A DNA stretch of 64,000 bases from positions 16,492,001 to 16,556,000 of the forward strand of contig JBHGNT010000009.1 of NCBI GenBank assembly GCA_043228905.1, written 5' to 3'. This DNA comes from Azolla caroliniana. Taxonomy: Eukaryota > Plantae > Polypodiophyta. The notes below the pieces were generated by a model that saw nothing but the letters and a program-made list of their open reading frames with translations, was not told where the DNA came from and ran no database searches. A program made the position numbers and the translations under genes. Positions 24,201-38,100 of this stretch are shown one piece after another. Numbering within the stretch: position 1 is the stretch's first letter; every line of letters begins with the position of its first letter.

Positions 24201-27200
24201 CTCGGACAATTCTGTCCAGCTTCTCCCATTCAAGCAGCTTTTACCCTTCTGGAGCATTCTTTTTCGATGGGGTTGATTTGCCCCTTGACTATTAAATAGT
24301 CTTGCATCTGCTCCTTCTAGAAGTTGAAGTTCGATCCGTCAAATTTCCTTAGACTCATCTCTAACGAGTTGGATGTTGACGCCATTTGTGTCGAGTATGG
24401 GAAGCTTTGTTCAGGGTTGGCTACGAACAGTGGTTGGGTGCAGGAGACTAGTTCACTCGAATTCGTTCTAGCCAATTTTGAATACAAGCCGAACCTGATT
24501 CGAAATTCGGGAGACTCGATCCAGAGTGACTACGGTTGACTAGCCTAGTCAAGTTGGACCCGAGTATGTCGATTCCATTTCAAATGTCGATTTTCAAGAT
24601 TTCCAAACACAGAGTATGTGCCGATTATCCAGGCCGATCATGCTTCAGGTGCCTACCACAATGAGAAGAACAGATTCAGCTAATCTTTGTGAATGTTGTC
24701 TAGCCGAATGAGGCATGGAAGGGGGTTGTTCTCGGAGCCTAGACAACAACAAGTGATTATGACAAGCAAGTGACTAGCGTCAGGTGACCTATTCAATTGT
24801 TTTCCAATCCAATGTAGTTCGGCTCAGGTAGACCTTGTGAAGCGAAATCTCACTCCGAGCAGCTACAATCGCAGGAGTGAAGTGCATCCAATTGGCTCAC
24901 TTCAATGGTGATTTAGAACAGTGGAGTGTAGATTTTGCTAGCGTTTATCTTCACAAAAACGATCTTGTAGAGAGTTGCCAACCGAGATCTTCACGGTGTA
25001 TAGAAGAAGAGTTGTTGATAGAAACTAGATAGACGGTAGCAGCAGAATCGAAAGACCCTCAAGCTCTAATACCAAATGTTAGGGACACGGCCGTCTAGTG
25101 CAGAACAAATTAACACTCTTCTAGAAAGAAGATCATAAACAAATACAATCAAGGTAGATTGATGGCAACCGAGACAGAGAACAATGAGCCACTTAGAACG
25201 CAAGAGAGAGAGACATTGGGCACAAGATGAACTATATTATGACAACCAACAAAACTAGGTTACAAAGTCAGTTTATATACTAACTAACTTAGGGCAATTG
25301 CCCTTCTCATTATTTGCATAAATAGCCTGGACCTAGTGTGTACAAAAGGAGACAGTGTGAATACGTCCATTAGAGACCCGCATTCAACACCTGGTGCTTG
25401 CGAGAGAAGATCTGACGAACCAGGTGGAGGGATAGGCCTTAACGAACAAGACAATTGTCTTGGTTTGCCGGTTCCTGATCGAGGACGTGATCTGCCGGTA
25501 CGGGTACCTGGGAAAGATTGTAGTCAATCGAGGGGATTTGGACGCGTAAGAAGCTGAGGAGCTATTTGACTGACTAGGGGTCAAGCTTTCCATCACGACA
25601 ACATACAATCCGAAAGTGAACGGAAAGGTCGAGCGAGGGAATTCCCCGATCGTGAAAGCATTAGAATGAGCGTGTGATGGACAGGTCAACAACTGGCCGA
25701 GGCTCCTACCCTATGCCTTATGGGCCAACCGAACCACGCATAGTTCCGTAACTGGGTACATTCCGGCAGAACTTATGTTCAGGAAGAAACCGATCATGCC
25801 AGTAGAGTGGACAATCACATCATGGATGGTGGTCAACTGGGCGGCGGGGATGAGCAGAGAGGATTTGTTGGCAGCATGAATCCGATAGCTCGAGCGAAGG
25901 CCGGAGGATGTGGAACAAGAAAAAGCAAAATTGTTGACGACACAGAAGCAATGGCCGGTTCGACCAGACACATTGCCTTCGGCCGAGGAAGATTGAGGAA
26001 GGCGACTGGGTGCTAGTCTACGACAACAGTCTTGACAACCAGCACCAGTCAACTCCTGAGTTCGAGCAACAATGGTTCGGTCCTTACGTGGTGACGAGCA
26101 CGAACAACAATGCAACCTACCACCTTGCGCAGCTCAATGGGATGAGGATAGCAGTACCGGTTGTTGGGAAACAGATAAAGGCCTTCAAGAAACGGCATGC
26201 AGCAGAACCGGATACGGAGATCGAAGACGGAAGCGTCGGCGAGGGTGAGGGGTCGTATGAAGACCGAATCAGCAACGGATCGGAGGAGGAATAGAGAATA
26301 GCCGGAATCCCCACCGTTTCACTCCTTGGCACATGCCGGAGGATGTGCAGTTTGGTGGGGGTGGATGTCGTGAAGGATTCCAGCCATAGAGAGAGACGGA
26401 GCCAGATGCACGTGAACAGGTGTGTGCACGGATGCACACAAATCAAGTAATATGTACAAACATATGTAAATAGTATAGTGTTAGTTGAGTATTGGTGATT
26501 ACTAGGTAGAAGTGACGGGTAGGTACTTTATGGTCACACAATTAAAGGAATAATGGTGATCAAGGGGAGAATCGGCCAAGAGGGAAAGCAATTGCCTTTA
26601 TTGATGATGTAACGACCTCCCCTTGTTCTATAAAAAGGGAGGTTAGAGACCGTTTTAGGTATCCACGATTCGGTAGGACGAAGTGTCGTCGGTTTGAGTG
26701 TCGAGCTCTCTCTCTTCTGTCTCTGTTTTGTGCTCTAGGAAGACGGTGAAGCCTCTGCTCGCGTAGGAAGCCCGTGAGCTCCCGACCAGAGGTTCACTGT
26801 CTTGAGTTTCTTTGTGTGTGCATCTCTCGAAGTGCTTAGCGTTGTTGTCGATCGCGCTCGGTTGTACTCTTCCTAACTCTCTGTTAATCATTAGTGTTTG
26901 TTGAGTTTCTTCTCGTGTTGGGTATTATTGCATTGCCCCTACTTGTTGCGTGTTTGTTCCACTCCGAGTTCATGTTCTTATTCCCGTTCTATTCCTGTGG
27001 TGTGCAGGTTCAAAGCCCTAAGACCTGGAGCTCACCGCAATTGTCCGGCATCCTGCCCGGAACAATACACTTCTTCAGATCGTGCGTTAACCGGCGGGGG
27101 TCCGGAATTGTTCTAGATTGAAACCGTACCTAGAAACCGATCCGGCGAAGGTATTCGAACTCCAACCTTAACCACCCTTCTCCCTTACCAGCTCCTTAGT

Positions 27201-27259
27201 CGGAGACCCCGGTGGTCCCCTCCTCCCATTTCTACACATCCCCGTGGAAACCCGCAATA
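21264..27259 (+). mobile_element. Element G: non-chromovirus gypsy, partly deleted (5' LTR truncated at ~21910, integrase 25390-26294, 3' LTR 26366-27259)
   Basis: TGTCGTGAAGG LTR starts; 4-bp TSD ACGG (21260-21263 / 27260-27263); integrase LVLAREDLTNQVEG..YNPKVNGKVERG..WFGPY; pre-PPT motif GGCACAT.CCGGAGGATGTGC shared with C. Confidence 0.87.
21911..25389 (-). mobile_element. Element H: 5' part of a Ty1/copia element (LTR 25077-25389, iMet PBS, gag, PR, IN)
   Basis: PBS TGGTATTAGAGC (reverse complement of 25063-25074); gag ORF 23344-24159 with CNYCKK.EH..C knuckle; FIDD..DNGGEF integrase. Confidence 0.87.
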
Positions 27260-29463
27260 ACGGAAAGGACCTAATCGTCAATAATCCAATTTATCGCATG
27301 GTCGAGTAGTCTTGATGAGTCATCGTAATAGCCGTACCCGATCTCCAATGTTAAAACAGGATGGAGGCCGATGACGATCCGCATAATCCTTTTGTGTTTG
27401 TTGAGCTTGATGTAAATGGGTAGATAGGTCTTCTTGTATCTTGCGTAGCCATTCCAAATTATCCTCTACACGAGGATTTGTGGGTAACTCCGGAGTTTCG
27501 AATACACACCACCGAGGATGATAGCATGTGTAAGCATAAAATGGTGTAACCCTCGTCGATGAGTGGATAGAGTTATTATAAGCAAATTCAGCAAAGTGGA
27601 GAATATCCGCCCAATCATCTTGTTGATAGCTTAGAAAACACCGAAGATATTGTTCAAGCGTTGATTTGTTTGTTCTGCTTGTCCGTCTGTTTGAGGGTGA
27701 TAGCCGGACGAGAGGTTACAAGTGACCTTGAGCATTTTGAAGAGATGCTTCCAGAATTTCGAAACGAATTGAGGACCACAGTCGCTAATGATACTATATG
27801 GGAGCCCATGATGCCGAAATACCTCACGCATGACAATTTCGACGGTTTCTTCACTAGTGATTTCCTTAGTACAAGGCAGGAAATGTGTCATCTTAGTATA
27901 TTGATCTATGATAGTTAAGATCTCATCGAATCCCTTTGAAATTGGAAGATTTGTGATAAATCTAGAGAAATGGACTACCACGGCTTGCTTGGAATTGATA
28001 ATGGTTCCAATAAACCATATGGATGATGCCTTGGCATCTTTGTTCTACAACATGTATCACATGTCCGAACATAGTCTTCGATAAATTGTTGCATATAAGG
28101 CCACCAAAATTATCGTTGTACTAAATCCAACGTTTTAGTACTACCAAAATGCTCAGTTGTATATGTGTCCTGACAATTTTGGACTACTCGAAGGCGACAA
28201 GAACCATTGGGAACATACAAGATTTTCTTAAAGAATAGTAGTCCATCATCGCATTTGAATTGTCGATAGTCCATACCTGGTTGTTGCGATGTGAACAAGA
28301 TGCCCGAGAGGGATCAATTTGCGCTAGAATGGCTTGAGCAAAAGCGTTTATCTTCAAGTCTTCATGTATGGTATTGATAATGCAGGAATCCAATGGAGTG
28401 TCAAAACCCCATGTTGCTTGCAATCGGGATGGTCCCAGGATTACTTGCTTTTGATTATCGAATGTTGTATCACTAGGATGAGGTGCTAGATATGAGCGTT
28501 GCGATAATGCATCTGCCTTTCCTTGTTGCATCCCAGGACGGTATGTAATTTTGAAGTTGAAACCAATGAGGAATTGGGCCCATGGAGCTTGTCGTCGATT
28601 TAATACATGAGCATTCTAGAAGTAGGCAAGATTTTTGTGATCACTGAATATGGTGACTTGATGATAAGATCCCTCTAAAAAGTGCTTCCATTGTGCAAAA
28701 GAGTCCACTATTGCTAGTAGTTCCTTGTCATGTATCTCGTATTTTATTTCGGCGGCGTCAAACTTGCGCAAGTGGAAAGCCACAAGATGTAGTTTTTCAT
28801 CATTGCCTTGTTGTGACAGAATGCTACCAAGGGAGAAATCTGACGCATCTGCCTCAATGATGAACAGTTTTTCCATATCAACATGAGCTAGAATAGGAGT
28901 TGATATAAATGCTTTTTTAAGACTCACAAAATCCATGTCCGGTTCCTTAGACCACACAAATGACTGTCCCTTCTTGGTAAGCTGTGTGAGAGGCAAAATA
29001 AGCTTTGAGTAGTCCTATATAAACTTGCGGTAGAAATTTGCGAAGCCTAAAAAACATTGCACATCTCGCAATGAACGTGGAGTCTACCACTCTACCATAG
29101 TTTTGTCCTTAGTTGGATCCATAGAGATGCCTTCCGAGGAAATGACATAGCCTACAAATTCCTTCTGCTTCCACCCAAAACTACATTTTTCCAGTTTTGC
29201 ATAAAGACCACGTTCTCGAATTCATTTTAGTACTAATAGTACATGAGAAGCATGCTCTTGTTGAGTCTTCGAATAAACTAGTAGATCATCAAACATATAT
29301 CCAAGAGATCTCGGAATATATCATTTGCCATGTGTTGGAAGACTGTTGGCGCATTGGTGAGATCGAATGGCATAACCGTATACTCGAAATGCGCCAGTCT
29401 TAAGCCTCCTAGTTGTTCTTGTATGTTTCTTCATAAAATATAATATACTTCTTGTTGTCATCA

Positions 29464-29508
<45 letters not shown>

Positions 29509-29512
29509 TCTC

Positions 29513-29632
29513 AGCACAACCTAGTGGTAAGTTGTTGTGCTACTATTACTTATGTCTTGGGTTCGATTCTCAACTTACTCATATCCTCTGGTCATATTTG
29601 ACCTCCGAAGACGATAATATAATCTATCTATC
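29513..29632 (+). mobile_element. Putative tRNA-derived SINE with a LINE-derived 3' tail, inserted in (TC)n
   Basis: A-box-like CAACCTAGTGG at 29517-29527 and B box GGTTCGATTCT at 29560-29570; tail GGTCATATTTGACCTCCGAAGACGATAATATAATCTATCTA equals the LINE 3' end; TC repeats on both sides. Confidence 0.75.
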
Positions 29633-30003
29633 TCACTCTCTCTCGCTCTCTCGCTCTCTAATGATTCTCACACACTCTTTCCCTTTTTAGTACGAATCCT
29701 CATTCTTCTCCTCTATCTTTAATACTAATTCTCCTTGCCTCTAATATTATCCCTGACAGTTTGAACCGAATTGGTTCTCAATAATGCCATGTGCCTCTTT
29801 TTATAGTGTTCTTAGGACTATTCTTGACCTTTCTAGAATGTTCCAGAGAAATCTAGAATATACATGGATTTCCTAGGTGAAATCATAAATAAAAACAATT
29901 TTTTTATATTATAATGTATAGCTTAATGGTAGGGCTTCAATCCATGTGACACAAGGTTATGGGTTCAAATCCTTTTGAAGCCATACCATCCTATATCATC
30001 ACA

Positions 30004-32198
30004 ACGACTTGGTTATCACCAAACCCGACCTCACTAAAATCGGCCAAGTCAAGTCCCTAGCTATCGGCTGCATTTGAGATGAAGGACTTGGGGGACCTTC
30101 ACTACTTCCTTGGGATCGAAGTGATCCACACCCCCGACTGCATATTGTTGTGTCAGCGACACTATGTTCTAAATATGTTGTTCAAGTTCAGAATGATGGT
30201 TTGCCAACTAGTCTCGACTCTGAAACGGCTTGCAATGAGAAATGGATCCGACAAATTGTCAGAAGCGTCATATACCTGATTATCACCTGACCCGACATCA
30301 GCTACTCGATCGGGGTGATCGGCCAATTCATGCAACGACCAACCGTTGAGCACCTTGAGTACACACATCGACTACTACAATACGTGAACGGCACTATGGT
30401 TCAAAGACAGTTGTACCTACACGGTATAACCGAACAACTAGTCGGTTGTACTAATGTTGATTGGGCCGGTTATGCATCGGATCGTCGATCAACATCCGGA
30501 TTCATGTTTTCTCTCGGGAGTGCGGCTATTGCATGGAGTAGCAAGAAGCAACCAACAATGGCTCTGTCAAGCACCGAGACTGAGTACAAAGGAGCTACAG
30601 TTGCAACCTATGAAGCCATTCGGCTTCAGAGTTTGTTGCAAGACCTCTGGATCAAAGTACCGACTCTGATTCCGATCTACTGCAACAACATCAATAGCAT
30701 GTAGTTGGCAAAGAACCCCATGTTCCATGCTCTCATAAAGCACGTCAAGGTGCATTATCACTTTGTGCACGAGCGGGTCCTAAGTGGTGAAGTCGAACTA
30801 TAGGATGTTTGAACCAATCGGCAAGTTGTCGACATCTTCACAAAGGCGTTCGGATCGGACAAGTTGCGGCACTTTTCAAAGATGCTTAGGCTATAACATC
30901 TTGATGTGCGGCACTTGAGGAGGAGAAAAGAAACAAGCACCACAGAGAAGGAGAAGGGAGCTGAGTCGACTGAAGATGTCGGCACATCCGATAAAGTTGA
31001 AACAAGCGGCAACAGTGGCAGAGTCAAGGACAAAGCCAATCGGAAGATGAAGGGCAAAGAGAATATATTTGGTTGGTCCCATGAAAGACCAAATCCATGT
31101 CCAATATGCCTTCAAATGAGTGCTCGAAACACCCCACTTATTCTAGTGCTTTTGAGTTGCAAGAGTTGGAATATTCTTTGACATGAGTAAAGTTCTGCCC
31201 AATTTCACGTTGTACTGAAAGAATGGAACTTTCTGCAATGGATCCATCATGGGATTGGTTCAAAACCATCCCCTTGGGTTCCACATCATCCTACTAACTA
31301 GTTGTCGTGCATATAACTAGAGCATATCCCACAATTGAGCTATTGACGGTTGTGGATCCAGTAGCCATTTCTTACCAGAGTTGGCAATAAGGGCCTAAAG
31401 GATGAAGAAGAATTGGAGACAACCAATTTGGACAAAAGCGGGGACGAATCAGTAGAGTTCTTTGATTCGGAAGAGCCAAATCACTTGAAGGCCAAGCGGA
31501 AGAGAAGGCAGCCAAAACTGACACCGAACCGATAGGGTTGAAGGGCGCCAATACCACGACAGCAAGGGAGTTGAGAAGGGCATCATGAGCAGACAAGACG
31601 ACCAAGAAGGTTGAGGTGCGTGGAACCAGACGGGTCGTGGAAAGTGGGACCGAACGAGATGAGGAGCACAAGCAAGGCGTGGAGACGCCAGGAGAAGACA
31701 TGGCATGAAACCGACATAGCAGAAGGAACCTCAAGTTGAGCTTGAGGGGATGTATTGAGATGCAAGCTCAACATGGGACGGATCGGTTGAACAAGCTAAG
31801 AGGCGGAACGGGTGAAGACCGATTGTCTAGGCCCAAATCGGATTGGAGAGCCGGATCAGTGAGCCGGATCCACGAGAACCGGCAAGCCACTAAAGGCCTA
31901 CGACCCTAGCCTAGTAGATAGGCATATTTTTGGGAGTTAGTGTTAGTAGCTCAGTTAGGAGCATTGAAGTACATGCCAATACTTCTGTCAGTCCTTTTAA
32001 GGACTTGTATAAAAAGTGATCACTGAGCACATTGTATGTACAAACAGAGTGTTATTTTTGAAATAGAGATTTTTAGTGTGTTCTACTCTCTCTCACACAC
32101 ACATTGTCTCTCCCGCGTTCACTGTGTATTTTCTAAGCTTTCCATTAAACGTTCATTTGTGTTTTGTTGCTATCCAGTTCTAACTCGTTGTGTCTACA
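30004..32198 (+). mobile_element. Degenerate copia 3' half (RT-RH, 3' extension, PPT, LTR ~31753-32198), J family
   Basis: DDLVIT, MKDLGDLHYFLGIEV, SSKKQ..ALSSTE; LTR homologous to 53066-53471. Confidence 0.85.
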
Positions 32199-32199
32199 A

Positions 32200-33458
32200 G
32201 CTTTCGCACGTAACTCGTAACAGTGTGCATCCAGCTCTCTTAGTTTGGCCACGCTTCTCCCCACACACCTGTACCAGCAAATCACATCTTCGATTAGGAA
32301 TCGGCATACGGCTGCAATCATCTTGTTCGTTAGAGCTCACCTTCCACCTTATTCGACAGGTCCTCCCTTGTAAGCACTAGGTACCTCATTTGGCCTACCC
32401 CCATCGGCATTGTCACTAAGTCTACCATGCACTTGACGTGTATGGCTAGCGAGTAGGTCGAATGCAGCCCGTCACAATGTCAAACTCTGAAATGTACTTG
32501 ACAACTTTCACACGTCGTCATGAAGTGATGCACGTCGTTGTACATTCTCGGCCACTAGTACCTTTCCTTAAGCTTCTCAAATGTATCCCATGTTCCACGA
32601 TGCCCGGACCAAGGACTCTCATGAACTCTCATGAAATTCGGCCGACAGCTTCGTCCGGTCTTCTCTCCTCACCACCACTCAGAGTGGTAGTCCGTTCCAC
32701 TTCTTCAAATGCCACCAGATTACCCCAAGCCATAGGAAGTACTTATAAACCTTCTTTCGGATACGACCCGCCTCTTCCTTCGACCATGACGCATCTGGTA
32801 CCATTGTCCTCAAAAACTTCCCAACCAGCAGCCACTCCCCTACGTAGCCATCTTCGTTGAACACGTGCAAGGTCAAAGTGCTTTGTTCATTCGCCGACAA
32901 TCGGGCCAACTCGAAGAACTTGACTCTGACTTCCTCGCCCTCTGATACCATGGCATCCTCTCCTTCATATCGTGCTCTCGATAGATAATCGGCCATGGTA
33001 TTGTCCTTTTCGAAAATATGTCGGATTTTCGGATTCAGGAACTTAATGTACACCATCCATCTGAGCATATCCAGATCTGGAGTCACGCATCCGGATATCA
33101 TCTCTAGAATCAAGAGATAATTTGCCTCAATAATTACCTCCATCTTCATAAGATAATCTTTGTCGCCCTTCACTAACGAAACGATATCCCACAATTCTCT
33201 CTTAACCTGGGTGTATCCTCGTTGACACTCACTTCATACTTTTGCTCCAAATCGAATGGCGAATCTTGTGCCGCCTTCTTCCTCCTGGTTGATCACCCAC
33301 CCAATTCCGGTCGGACTTGTGTCTACCGTCACATAAATCAGGGACTCTTTCCCATAGATCATCTTCCGAAGAGCTGGTGTTGCATTCAACATCCCCTTCA
33401 GTCTCCTCAAAGCCTCCATGTGCTCTTCTCCCCATTCGAACTTCCGCCCCTTTTTCAA
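32200..33458 (-). pseudogene. pol: Non-chromovirus gypsy pol fragment (RT connection, RNase H, start of integrase)
   Basis: KFEWGEEH..VDTSPTGIGWV; DNTMADYLSR. Confidence 0.75.
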
Positions 33459-33507
33459 TAAGCCATAGAGAGTCTTGGCTTGGCGATATATGCATAATGG
33501 GGAATCA

Positions 33508-34720
33508 TGTTACCGTACGAGATGTACGGGAAATTTATAAGTGTGATGTGTGAGGGTGAAAGACTTAATGTTATTGTTGTGTAATTGTGTAATTCTGAGT
33601 GTGAGTCAATACGTATGTGAACACATGCACATGTGTGTGCAGGTGGACATATACGAAGAGGTGCGAGTGAGTGATTAGTGTGAATGGACAAGGGGGCTTG
33701 CACCTCTATGTATCTACCTCGCTTGTAACTATTTAACCCCTTATGGGGAATGAATGAAGGAATATTTCTCTCTCAATCTCTTTCTCTTGTCATCTCTCTC
33801 TCTCTCTCCCTTATGTTCAACCCCCTTGGGAGGGGGGTGGAGCCATTCTAGGCATCACCCCCCACCCCTCAATGCCTGTCAACATCTTCATGATCTCTCT
33901 CACCATCATACCGTTCATCATCTTCACTATTACACCATGTCTATCTTCATCATCAATCATCATCATTATCATTATCATTAACCCTAACCCTAAAAACCTA
34001 TACACACAACCTTTTTTTTGACGACCCAAATGATGATATCAAAGTTTGTGACCCGACAGAACGAGAATGTTCGTGTCGAGGAAGATCCGCTGACCGAAAG
34101 AGATGTTCGAGTCATGCGTTTCAATCGAGGGAGTCGATCGCAGAGAAGACCGATGAAATTCCGGTTGAAGAAAGATGATGATCAAGGCATGTGGGATCGA
34201 TGTGCAAGGCACTCTCCCACAAGTGTGCCATAATGTGTTACCGTACGAGATGTACGGGAGATTTATACGTGTGTGAGGGTGAAAGACGTAATGTTATTGT
34301 TGTGTAATTGTGTAATTCTGAGTGTGAGTCAATACGTATGTGAACACATGCACACGTGTGTGCATGTGGACATATACGAAGAGGTCTGAGTGAGTGATTA
34401 GTGTGAATGGACAAGGGGGTTTGCACCTCTATGTATCTACCCCGCTTGTAACTATTTAACCGCTTATGGGGAATGAATAAAGGAATATTTCTCTCTCAAT
34501 CTCTTTCTCTTGTCATTTCTCTCTCTCTCTCTCTCTCTCCCTTACATTGAACCCCCTTGGGAGGGGAGTGGAGCCATTCTAGGCAACACCCCCCACCCCT
34601 CAATGCTTGTCAACATCTTCATGATCTCTCTCACCATCATACCGTTCATCATCTTCACTATTATACCATGTCTATCTTCATCATCATTAACCCTAACCCT
34701 AACCCTAAAAACCTATAACA
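33508..34720 (+). mobile_element. TRIM-like element (family K): ~490-bp LTRs at 33508-~34004 and 34236-34720 around a ~230-bp noncoding core
   Basis: Two direct repeats TGTTACCGTACGAG...CCTAT(A)ACA; imperfect TSD AATCA/AATCC; degenerate PBS TTTTGACGACC. Confidence 0.8.
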
Positions 34721-35147
34721 AATCCAAATGTGGTAAATGGCACATGTTGCCCCTAAGAGTCATCGGACCTACATTCCACCTTCATCGTTGAGATGGCCTC
34801 GACCTTTGCCGAAGACGGTTTTCCACTAGGATCTACGACTATTCAAACATCGACTTCTCCCTAGAGAAGGTAAGTCACGCTTCTTCTAGCCTTCGTAGTT
34901 GGTGAGGATTGAACCTACAACCTCACATCAACAAAATGTCATGCTCAACCATTTTGATATGAGCATGCATTTGTATATAATAGTTTAGTATTCTATAGTC
35001 TAACATATAGTACATTTCAGAATCAGAATATTCTAGTCGTTAGTATATTCTAGAAATATTGTACAATATATTCTAGATGGGTATATTCTAAAGATATTTC
35101 TCGAGTATATTCTAGAGATATTCAATATCAAAACATGTATAAATAAT

Positions 35148-38100
35148 ATAAAAGATAATGTGCGGAAGCTTAGATAACCGGCTCAACCGGATAACAACAG
35201 TAGAACAGAAATGAAGGTTTAATGGAAGCTTAAGAATACACATACACGGGAGAGAAAGAGAGAGCAGAAAAGCATAAACATAATTAAATAATAATAACAC
35301 TCTCTACATACAAATGTCTTACATAACACTTTTTATACAAGTCCTTAAAAGTACTAACATGTACTTCCATGCTCATACGAGTGACTGACACTAACTCCAG
35401 GGAATATGCCTACGTACTAGGCTCAACCATAGGCTCCAACGGCCTACCGGTTCTCACTATTCCGGAGTACAATCCGGTTCTCTGGTCCGGTTCTAGCTTT
35501 CAGGTACCTATCCGGTTCTCCAGTCCAGATACTGATCCAGCTCTGGCTTATTCAGCCGATCTAGATCTGGTTGAGCTTGCCCGCTCAACACTCCCCCTCA
35601 AGCTCAACTTGAGGTTGGATCACTATGTGTGTCCACTCGTCCTTTCCTCCGGCTCCTCCTAGTGTCTTCCTACCTTGCTCGCGCTCCTTGACCCATCCGG
35701 TTCTGCTTCCCACGACCCATCCGGTCCCGCACACTTCGATCTTCTTGATCGGCTTGTCTGCTCATAAGGCCCTTCTCAACTCCTTCGTTGTTGTGCCTTC
35801 AATGCTTCTCGACTCGTTGTTGTCGACTTCCACTGCCTCCTCGTCTATTTGGCCTTCTGTTTATTCGGCTCCTCCTAATCAAGCTCCTCTTCAGAATCAG
35901 TTGCCTCTGATTCGTTCCAGCTCTTGTCTAAATTGGCTTTCTCCAATTTGTCTTCAACCTTCAGGACCTTTACCCCGTCGGACCACGCCCGGGTCTTGAC
36001 CTTCTTCCTCATTCGGCTCTATCCTTCTTGACTCTGCCGTTGTCGCCGCTTGTTCCAACTTTATCGAATGTTCCGACTTCTTCAGTTGACTCAGCTTCCT
36101 GTTTCTTCTTGTCTCTCCCTGCTTCGGTTGTTTCCTTCTCTCCGCCTCCTTGTCCAGTGACATTGCCTGTTTTCCTGGTTTTCGTTCTAGTTCCGGTTCT
36201 CCCCGTATCAGTACTGGTTCTCCCCCTCAAGTGTGGCATGTCGAGATGTTGAAGACCAAGCATCTCCAAAAAATGATGCAACTTGTCGGTTCCAAGGGCC
36301 TTGGTGAACATGTCGGCAACCTGTTGATCCGTCCAAACATAGCGGAGTACTATTTCATCGTTGAGGACCCTCTCGTGCACGAAGTGATAATGCACTTCGA
36401 TGTGCTTTATGTGAGCATGGAATATGAGGTTCTCGACGAGTTGCATGCTACTCATGTTATCACAGTAGATTGGGATCAGAGTCGATACTTCGATCCGGAG
36501 GTCTTGCATCAGCCACTGAGGTCAAAAGGCTTCACAGGTGGCAATGGTAGCACCCCAATACTCAGCCTCAGTGCTCGAAAGAGCCACTGTCGGCTATTTC
36601 TGGTTGCTCCACGCAACAACTGCACTACCCAGAGAAAATATAAATCTGTATGTTGACCGTTGATCTAATGTGTCACCAACCCAGTCGGCATGTGTATAAC
36701 CGACTAGCTTCTCGATTATACCGTGTCAGTATAATTGTCCCCGGTCCTTAGTGCCGCTAACATACCTCAATATTCGGTGCGCGCACTGAAGGTGCTCCAC
36801 GGTTGGCTTCTGCATGAATTGACTGATCGCGCCGACCAGATAGCTAATGTCAGGTCGGGTGATTGTTAAATAAATAAGGCTTCCGACAATTTGTCGGAAC
36901 CGTCTCTCGTTGCAGGTCGGTCTGGAGCCGGGACGAAGCTTCAAGTTCCGGTCTAGAGGTGTGGAGACTGGTCGGCAATCCTTCATGCCGAATTTGTACA
37001 GTATATTCAACACATAATGTCGTTGAGAGAGCAATATGCCGTCAATGGTATGGATCACTTCGATCCAGAGGAAGTAATGAAGGTCCCCTAGGTCCTTCAT
37101 TTCGAATGCATTCGAGAACGGGTCTGCTGATGACTAGATATCCACGTATAACAAGATACATATCGGACCTTTCTGGATGAACACCAAAGAGTTGGGCTTC
37201 GAAGCCGCAAACCCCATCTTCCACAACCGATGTGTGATCTACGAAATCCCCACCCCTCAATGCTTCTCAACATCTTCATGATCTCTCTTACCATCATATT
37301 ATTTATCATCTCCATTGCCATCATCACACCTACCATGTCTATGTTCATCATCAATCATCATCATTATCATAAATATTAACCCTAACCCTAAAACCTACAA
37401 CACTATTTTGGCGACCACGATGGGATCCAAGTAAACAAAATCCTACAACACTATTTTGGCGAGCACTAAGGAGAACCCCCTTTGGAGACGAAGTCAAAGA
37501 CTAATACGTGGCAAAGACATGGCAATGACGAATTGTACGAGAATGGTGGCAATGACGTGCGAAGAAATCAAATGGACGATGTGAGGGAAATGGTGATGGT
37601 GATTGGAAGCATTCGAGGTCGAGGAATGCAACACGGTGATGTTGTGCGAGAGGACGTCGCAGAAGGATACACAACGGACATATGTGCAAGTGTGTAGTTA
37701 GCGACAATGTGCATGTGCAGGACCACGTGGTGTGAGAGACAACCAAAAAGACAAAGACGAACAATGACATGGCCAGACGAACAGCGACAGAGAAGGGACC
37801 GGCAAAAAACTTCAGATACAAGTAGTACAGGAACCAATGCCAGCACGACTGAAAAGAAAAGCCCACTAGGAGACTACGAAGGAAGAAGCAGTGTGTGGAG
37901 CAAATGCCGGTAGGAAGTGCTGAGAATGCACAGGAGATGCTTCCAGAAGAAGTGGCGCGGAGACAGTCGGAACCAGAACTAGAGTTGGTTAACATAGAAG
38001 GGCCAACGTAGACAGAGAAGGAGACTCTGGCGCGGAGACAGTCGGAACCAGAACTAGAGTTGGTTAACATAGAAGGGCCAACGTAGACAGAGAAGGAGAC

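Larger units (their letters stand above)
20543..30003 (-). mobile_element. Element F: degenerate chromovirus; 3' LTR ends at 20872, pol at 20873-21263 and 27260-29390, rearranged 5' LTR at 29391-30003
   Basis: PPT (poly-C on + strand) at 20878-20895; GPFRII reading restored across the G insertion; RH/RT fragments; U3 at 29770-30003 resembles 20641-20872. Confidence 0.85.

Noticed and set aside
34688-34707. (TAACCC)n telomere-like repeats
   Set aside because: Only 2-3 units at K-family LTR ends; too short to imply a telomeric function
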